This document shows, one piece after another, positions 56,641 to 64,000 of a stretch of 64,000 nt of DNA. The DNA comes from Eledone cirrhosa (lineage: Eukaryota). The stretch lies in contig OZ024751.1 of the NCBI GenBank assembly GCA_964016885.1, forward strand, positions 45,074,001 to 45,138,000, in the 5' to 3' direction. Made by a program: the position numbers and the translations under genes. The notes below the pieces were generated by a model that worked only from the letters and a program-made list of their open reading frames with translations, had not been told where the DNA came from and did no database searches. Every line of letters begins with the position of its first letter. Positions within the stretch are counted from its first letter, which is position 1.

Positions 56641-57176
56641 ATATTTGTATACAGCTATGTTTGAAGCTAAATCCTAATTATATATATATATATATAACTT
56701 TCATAGGTTTCTACCAGTGTTGGCCCAGGCCATGTCTAACTTAATAGCACCACTATATATAGTGCGAGTGTGTGAAGTAGTGGATTTGTTCATCAATATA
56801 CACAAAATAAGAAATGTTTTAAGTGTTTAAATGAGTGAGAATATATTGTCGAATGTCTATTCAATGAGTCCAAGAATTATTTGATCACACACACACAAAT
56901 ACCTCTTTCTCTCTCTCTCTCTCGCCCTCTCTCTCTCTCTGTATGTATATATATATATATACATAAACACATATACACACATATACACATCAAGGTTAAA
57001 CCAATTTCCAGTAGAATTATATCAACGCTTCCTTCCTCCTCTTCCTTTTCCTCCCCTTTTCTCCTCTTCCTCTCCCCCCCCCCCTTCACTTCTCTTCAGT
57101 AAATCTTACTGTGACAGTACTCAATAACATTCCATTACTTCCACGAAGACGTACATGTGATATGAAGTTCAAAGTC

Positions 57177-57207
<31 letters not shown>

Positions 57208-57226
57208 GTTTTAGTATATATATATT

Positions 57227-57310
<84 letters not shown>

Positions 57311-57315
57311 CATAT

Positions 57316-57375
<60 letters not shown>

Positions 57376-57418
57376 ATGTATGTATATATATATATATACA
57401 TACATACACATATATTTA

Positions 57419-57449
<31 letters not shown>

Positions 57450-57534
57450 TAGTGTATATATATATATATATATATAAATATATATATACTAAAACATATA
57501 GATATATATATATGTATATATATATGTGTGTATG

Positions 57535-57592
<58 letters not shown>

Positions 57593-57599
57593 TATATTC

Positions 57600-57636
<37 letters not shown>

Positions 57637-58328
57637 AGCATGTGTGTATATTTGCTAATATCATTATACACACAATAATTAAGTGTCTATCTGTGTGTTT
57701 GTGTGTGTGTACATACAAAGATAGTTCAAGAAAAGTAAGTGTGTATTTCATGACGAGAGCCAATGGTGGCCAATAGTTGTCGTATAAAAACCTTTACTTC
57801 ATATCCGGGTGTCATAATTTTCAATAGGCTCCTCTAGATAGGGTAGGAAAGTACTTGGTTGCTTATCAACAAAACATCAACAAAAACACCCCACTAAGAA
57901 TCTTTTTTTTTTTTAATAGTAAAAAAACAAGCAAAAACAAAAACAAACAACACTGAAATAAAAATAAAACTAGAAAAATAAATAGACAAGTTACAAATAA
58001 AGGTGGCACACGCTTTTATTGAGGATGGCACCCTCGTTGGGTATAAATTGGGTACGTTTAATTACGTTGCAAATAAAGAAATGAAAGGAAAAAATAAAAA
58101 TTAAAAAATGCGAAGGCCATAACACTGTTAGGTGGGTTAGAGCGGAAATAAAACGGGTTATTAATCGCGTGGTTTACATATATATATTTTATATATATAT
58201 ATTATATATATTTCCGTTTCTATTAGAACCGTCTGTAGACAACGATCAACATTCTACAAGAAGATGGTTGACCTTGTTGTTGTATGATGACAGCCAGCCA
58301 GATTGTTAAACGGTCAACGATGTCTTCT

Positions 58329-61268
58329 TCAACTCTGAACCCTCATATATGAAGACTTCGGTTCAAATAGGCAACTCTCAACTCTCATATCTGAAGACTT
58401 AAGTTCAAATAGGCAACTCTCAACTTTCATATCTGGAGACTTAAGTTCAAATAGGCAACTCTCAACTTTCATATCTGAAGACTTAAGTTCAAATAGGCAA
58501 CTCTCAACTCTCATATATGAAGACTTAAGTTCAAATAGGCAACTCTCAACTCTCATATATGAAGACTTAAGTTCAAATAGGCAACTCTCAACCCTCATAT
58601 ATGAAGACTTAAGTTCAAATAGGCAACTCTCAACTCTCATATCTGAAGACTTAAGTTCAAATAGGCAACTCTCAACTTTCATATCGGAAGACTTCGGTTC
58701 AAATAGGCAACTCTGAACCCTCATATATGAAGACTTAAGTTCAAATAGGCAACTCTCAACTCTCATATCTGAAGTCTTAAGTTCAAATAGGCAACTCTCA
58801 ACTCTCATATCTGAAGACTTCGGTTCAAATAGGCAACTCTGAACTCTCATATCTGAAGACTTAAGTTCAAATAGGCAACTCTCAACTCTCATATCTGAAG
58901 ACTTAAGTTCAAATAGGCAACTCTGAACTCTCATATCTGAAGACTTAAGTTCAAATAGGCAACTCTCAACTCTCATATCTGAAGACTTCGGTTAAAATAG
59001 GCAACTCTCAACTCTCATATCTGAAGACTTCGGTTCAAATAGGCAACTCTCAACTTTCATATCGGAAGACTTCGGTTCAAATAGGCAACTCTCAACTCTC
59101 ATATCTGGAGACTTCGGTTCAAATAGGCAACTCTCAACTCTCATATCTGGAGACTTCGGTTCAAATAGGCAACTCTCAACTCTCATATCTGGAGACTTCG
59201 GTTCAAATAGGCAACTCTCAACTCTCATATCTGGAGACTTCGGTTCAAATAGGCAACTCTCAACTCTCATATCTGGAGACTTCGGTTCAAATAGGCAACT
59301 CTCAACTCTCATATCTGGAGACTTCGGTTCAAATAGGCAACTCTCAACTTTCATATCGGAAGACTTCGGTTCAAATAGGCAACTCTCAACTCTCATATCT
59401 GAAGAATTCGGTTCAAATAGGCAACTCTCAACTCTCATATCTGAAGACTTCGGTTCAAATAGGCAACTCTCAACTCTCATATCTGAAGACATCGGTTCAA
59501 ATAGGCAACTCTCAACTCTCATATCTGAAGACTTCGGTTCAAATAGGCAACTCTCAACTCTCATATCTGGAGACATCGGTTCAAATAGGCAACTCTCAAC
59601 TCTCATATCTGAAGACTTCGGTTCAAATAGGCAACTCTCAACTCTCATATCTGGAGACTTCGGTTCAAATAGGCAACTCTCAACTTTCATATCGGAAGAC
59701 TTCAGTTCAAATAGGCAACTCTCAACTCTCATATCTGAAGACTTCGGTTCAAATAGGCAACTCTCAACTCTCATATCTGGAGACTTCGGTTCAAATAGGC
59801 AACTCTCAACTTTCATATCTGAAGACTTCGGTTCAAATAGGCAACTCTCAACTCTCATATCTGGAGACTTCGGTTCAAATAGGCAACTCTCAACTTTCAT
59901 ATCTGAAGACTTCGGTTCAAATAGGCAACTCTCAACTCTCATATCTGGAGACTTCGGTTCAAATAGGCAACTCTCAACTTTCATATCGGAAGACTTCGGT
60001 TCAAATAGGCAACTCTCAACTTTCATATCTGAAGACTTCGGTTCAAATAGGCAACTCTCAACTCTCATATCTGGAGACTTCGGTTCAAATAGGCAACTCT
60101 CAACTTTCATATCTGAAGACTTCGGTTCAAATAGGCAACTCTCAACTCTCATATCTGGAGACTTCGGTTCAAATAGGCAACTCTCAACTTTCATATCTGA
60201 AGACTTCGGTTCAAATAGGCAACTCTCAACTCTCATATCTGAAGACTTCGGTTCAAATAGGCAACTCTCAACTCTCATATCTGGAGACTTCGGTTCAAAT
60301 AGGCAACTCTCAACTTTCATATCGGAAGACTTCGGTTCAAATAGGCAACTCTCAACTTTCATATCTGAAGACTTCGGTTCAAATAGGCAACTCTCAACTC
60401 TCATATCTGGAGACTTCGGTTCAAATAGGCAACTCTCAACTTTCATATCTGAAGAATTCGGTTCAAATAGGCAACTCTCAACTTTCATATCTGAAGACTT
60501 CGGTTCAAATAGGCAACTCTCAACTTTCATATCGGAAGACTTCGGTTCAAATAGGCAACTCTCAACTTTCATATCGGAAGACTTCGGTTCAAATAGGCAA
60601 CTCTCAACTTTCATATCGGAAGACTTCGGTTCAAATAGGCAACTCTGAACTCTCATATATGAAGACTTCGGTTCAAATAGGCAACTCTCAACTCTCATAT
60701 CTGAAGAATTCGGTTCAAATAGGCAACTCTGAACTCTCATATATGAAGACTTCGGTTCAAATAGGCAACTCTCAACTCTCATATCTGGAGACTTCGGTTC
60801 AAATAGGCAACTCTGAACTCTCATATATGAAGACTTCGGTTCAAATAGGCAACTCTCAACTCTCATATCTGAAGAATTCGGTTCAAATAGGCAACTCTCA
60901 ACTCTCATAACTGAAGACTTCGGTTCAAATAGGCAACTCTCAACTTTCATATCTGGAGACTTCGGTTCAAATAGGCAACTCTCAACTCTCATATCTGAAG
61001 ACTTCGGTTCAAATAGGCAACTCTCACCTCTCATATCTGAAGACTTCGGTTCAAATAGGCAACTCTCAACTCTCATATCTGGAGACTTCGGTTCAAATAG
61101 GCAACTCTCAACTCTCATATCTGGAGACTTCGGTTCAAATAGGCAACTCTCAACTCTCATATATGAAGACTTCGGTTCAAATAGGCAACTCTCAACTCTC
61201 ATATCTGAAGAATTCGGTTCAAATAGGCAACTCTCAACTCTCATATCTGGAGACTTAGGTTCAAATAG
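58329..61268. repeat. 42-bp minisatellite
   Basis: Unit gaagacttcggttcaaataggcaactctcaactctcatatct, about 70 copies. Confidence 0.96.
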
Positions 61269-61289
61269 TCTTAGACGTGAAGGTACGTA

Positions 61290-61432
61290 CATGGTTTAGT
61301 GGTTACTGTGTTTTACTAGTTACGTGTTTAGTGGTTACGTGGTTTACTAGTTAGGCTAAAAATCGTGAAGATGTAAGTTCGATTGCCTGACCGGGTGAAG
61401 TGTTGTGTCTTTGAGCAAGACACTATTTCACT
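61290..61432 (+). mobile_element. Diverged tRNA-derived SINE
   Basis: tggtttagtggtta (duplicated), gttcgattgc, tgtctttgagcaagacactatttcac. Confidence 0.6.
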
Positions 61433-61815
61433 TTGTGGTGACAAGCTGCCCTTTGCCTTTCCTTTGGATAAACATCATATATAGTGTGTGTATATATATG
61501 TGTACGTGTATGTGTATTAATATATGTATAAATACATATTTATATATGCGTGTATATATATATATATATATAAATGTTATAGATATATTTATAAATATAT
61601 ACTTATATATATACATACATACATATATATATATATATACATATAGATATAGATAGGTAAATATACACGGGTGTGTATGATTGTGTATAGAAGATTATAT
61701 TAATAAGAGGAATTCCAACTTTGTCTGATTTACTCGTTTTATTTACAATCCTTTAAAATATATAATGGTATTATAATGAAATAGTATGATAGAATATTAA
61801 ATTCTAAGTGTTAAT

Positions 61816-61854
61816 TGAACAAGTACTTTCATGCTTTCGCAATCTTCAGGTTCA
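61816..61854 (-). ncRNA. Minimal type I hammerhead ribozyme
   Basis: Reverse complement: tgaac CTGAAGA t tgc-gaaa-gca t GAAA gtac TT gttca. Confidence 0.78.
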
Positions 61855-61927
61855 TAATGTGTGGTGACAGTCGAGTTTGCAATTTTCAACTGTTGAAAAT
61901 TGCAAACTCGACTGTCACCACACATTA

Positions 61928-61966
61928 TGAACCTGAAGATTGCGAAAGCATGAAAGTACTTGTTTA
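61928..61966 (+). ncRNA. Minimal type I hammerhead ribozyme
   Basis: tgaac CTGAAGA t tgc-gaaa-gca t GAAA gtac TT gttta; GNRA loop 2 and palindromic stem III AGTACT. Confidence 0.75.
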
Positions 61967-62117
61967 ATTAACACTTAGAATTTAATATTCTATCATACTA
62001 TTTCATTATAATACCATTATATATTTTAAAGGATTGTAAATAAAACGAGTAAATCAGACAAAGTTGTAATTCCTCTTATTAATATATATATACATATACA
62101 TATATATAGGTATTTAA

Positions 62118-62238
<121 letters not shown>

Positions 62239-62594
62239 GGATGGTGCTTCCATTCACTAAAGACTCTCCAGAATGTATGAATGACATGATACATTTTCTA
62301 GAATTAAGTTAAACTTTAGTTAAACAGAAATAAACAAACTAATAAAATGAGTTCTATAATAAAATAATAAAATTATAAATTAAATAAATACATAAACTAA
62401 TAAATAAATATAATGTTTATCATTTAAATTCGATTTTTTTTTTTTTTCTAAAATCTAAAACTGGTTTAAGGAGTAAGATTTGCTCTCTATTATAACACCT
62501 CGTTGTTAATTTCGTGTCTTGATTTGCTAGAAATAGCTCCGAAATCTCCATAAAATCAATAAAGAAAGAAGAAAATTGAGCAAAATTTTAATTT

Positions 62595-62727
62595 TACCAG
62601 CTGAGTTGACTGGAGCCACGTGAAATAAAGTGTCTTGCTCAAGGACACACTACGGCGCCGGGAATTAACCTCGTGATCTTAGGATCGTGAGCTGAACACT
62701 CTAACCACTATACCGCGGTCTTTCACA
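62595..62727 (-). mobile_element. tRNA-derived SINE (same family as 13188)
   Basis: cagctgagttgactggagccacgtgaaataaagtgtcttgctcaagga..ctctaaccacta. Confidence 0.75.
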
Positions 62728-63313
62728 TGGAAGTCAACAAGGATTGTTTAAAGATGCCTCCTTACTGACCAGCTACTCTCAAGTTACTTGTTGGTATGTG
62801 AGAGTGTTCTTAACTGATTTTCAATAATTAAAGACAAACAAATGTCGTGTTGTTGTTGTTGTTGTTGTTGTTATTGTTGTTATTGTTGTTATTGTTGTTT
62901 GCTTGGAGAAGTGTATGTGTGTATGTATGCGTATATGTACGAGTGTGTTTGTGTGTGTGTCTTTGTGAGAAGAAGAAGAAGAAGAAGAAGAAGAAGAAGA
63001 AGAAGAAGAAGAAGAAGAAGAAGAAGAAGAAGAAGAAGAAGAAGAAGAAGGATGCCCCCTCCTACCTCCCACCCCACTCAAAAAAACGTGAACGAAAACG
63101 AAACAGTGGAGAGGTCACAACTTCGTCTGAGAGTGAAGAAGAAAATACTGGGATTTCGGCATGTTTTGTCAATATTTTCCGAACTATGTTATACCCAGCA
63201 CAACTTCTTTCTGGGTAATGTTTATACACACACACACACATATATATATATATACAATATATATACATGTATGTACGTGTGTGTGTGTGTATGTGTGCCT
63301 GTGTTGTGTATAT

Positions 63314-63391
<78 letters not shown>

Positions 63392-63464
63392 GTATATATA
63401 TATGTATATATATATATATATGTATATATATATGTATATATATATGTATATATATATGTATATA

Positions 63465-63552
<88 letters not shown>

Positions 63553-63566
63553 TGAATATATAAGCG

Positions 63567-64000
63567 ATCATCAACTTCTTCGAGTTCCATTTGAAGGGGA
63601 AGGTGAGAGTAGCGGGTTTTGATTTCTGGTGTATTTTATGAAAGATGAGTGAGAGCAGCGAGATTTGGGGAGGTTGGGCGTTTCTAATCTGACATTGCTT
63701 TTCTAAACAGGAAGAAATACACCAGGAGAGTGTACTTTCAATACCCGTCAGTCCACGGAGTAATCTGGGCTTTCGTGTGTGGTTTCTCTCTGAACTACTC
63801 TAAAGTGCAGTCCCCAAACTATTGGGAAACTTGCCCTTGTTGTTATTTGTTAGGGTTTTCTATTGTTATATATTTATATATTACAATTTCTAATATTGCT
63901 ATTCCTATCTTTGTCTCTTTCGGTGATGCCCCTTTTCCTTTACTTGATGTAAACTCCACTCTGTGTTGTTTTTGTCCTTGTATTTTCCCCCATTGTCTTT
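63567..64000 (+). mobile_element. Degraded Tx1/L1-like 3' fragment
   Basis: [14 protein letters not shown] aligns with IRFFKYHFRRKERV of the 46-kb copy; the 3' UTR motif atgtaaact..tttgtcc is shared. Confidence 0.55.

Larger units (their letters stand above)
61696..62086. mobile_element. Near-perfect 195-bp-arm palindrome carrying a hammerhead in each arm
   Basis: Centre at 61891 (ttttcaac-t-gttgaaaa); TA-rich ends. Confidence 0.85.

Noticed and set aside
58395-58430. CTGAAGA in the 42-bp unit as a hammerhead core
   Set aside because: No GAAA, stem III or stem I in register.

Overview
Repeat-saturated eukaryotic DNA, most likely an octopus or other coleoid cephalopod (inferred from the SINE families and the extreme TA/CA/TATG/GATA microsatellite load). 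No host gene can be called confidently; a few short + strand exon candidates exist. Almost all supplied ORFs are translated micro- or minisatellites. Real coding signals are one intact DD37D (maT) Tc1/mariner transposase (30300-31340) and truncated fragments of R4/Dong-like, RTE, Tx1/L1-like, mariner and Tigger/pogo elements. The main observation is non-coding. At 50721-54714 a near-identical 310-bp monomer is repeated about 13 times as two divergent tandem arrays, both anchored in (TA)n. Each monomer carries a complete type I hammerhead ribozyme in a highly base-paired RNA, consistent with a retrozyme-like circular RNA copied by rolling reverse transcription. About six other unrelated hammerhead-bearing families occur, several as fold-back insertions in (TA)n, a Penelope-like architecture. 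One of them sits at the centre of a 3.1-kb inverted duplication of its own flank. Retroelement classes appear partitioned by microsatellite: hammerhead/Penelope-like in (TA)n, RTE and R4-like in (TATG/CATA)n, Tx1-like in (GATA)n. All structures were read by eye; nothing was run against databases.
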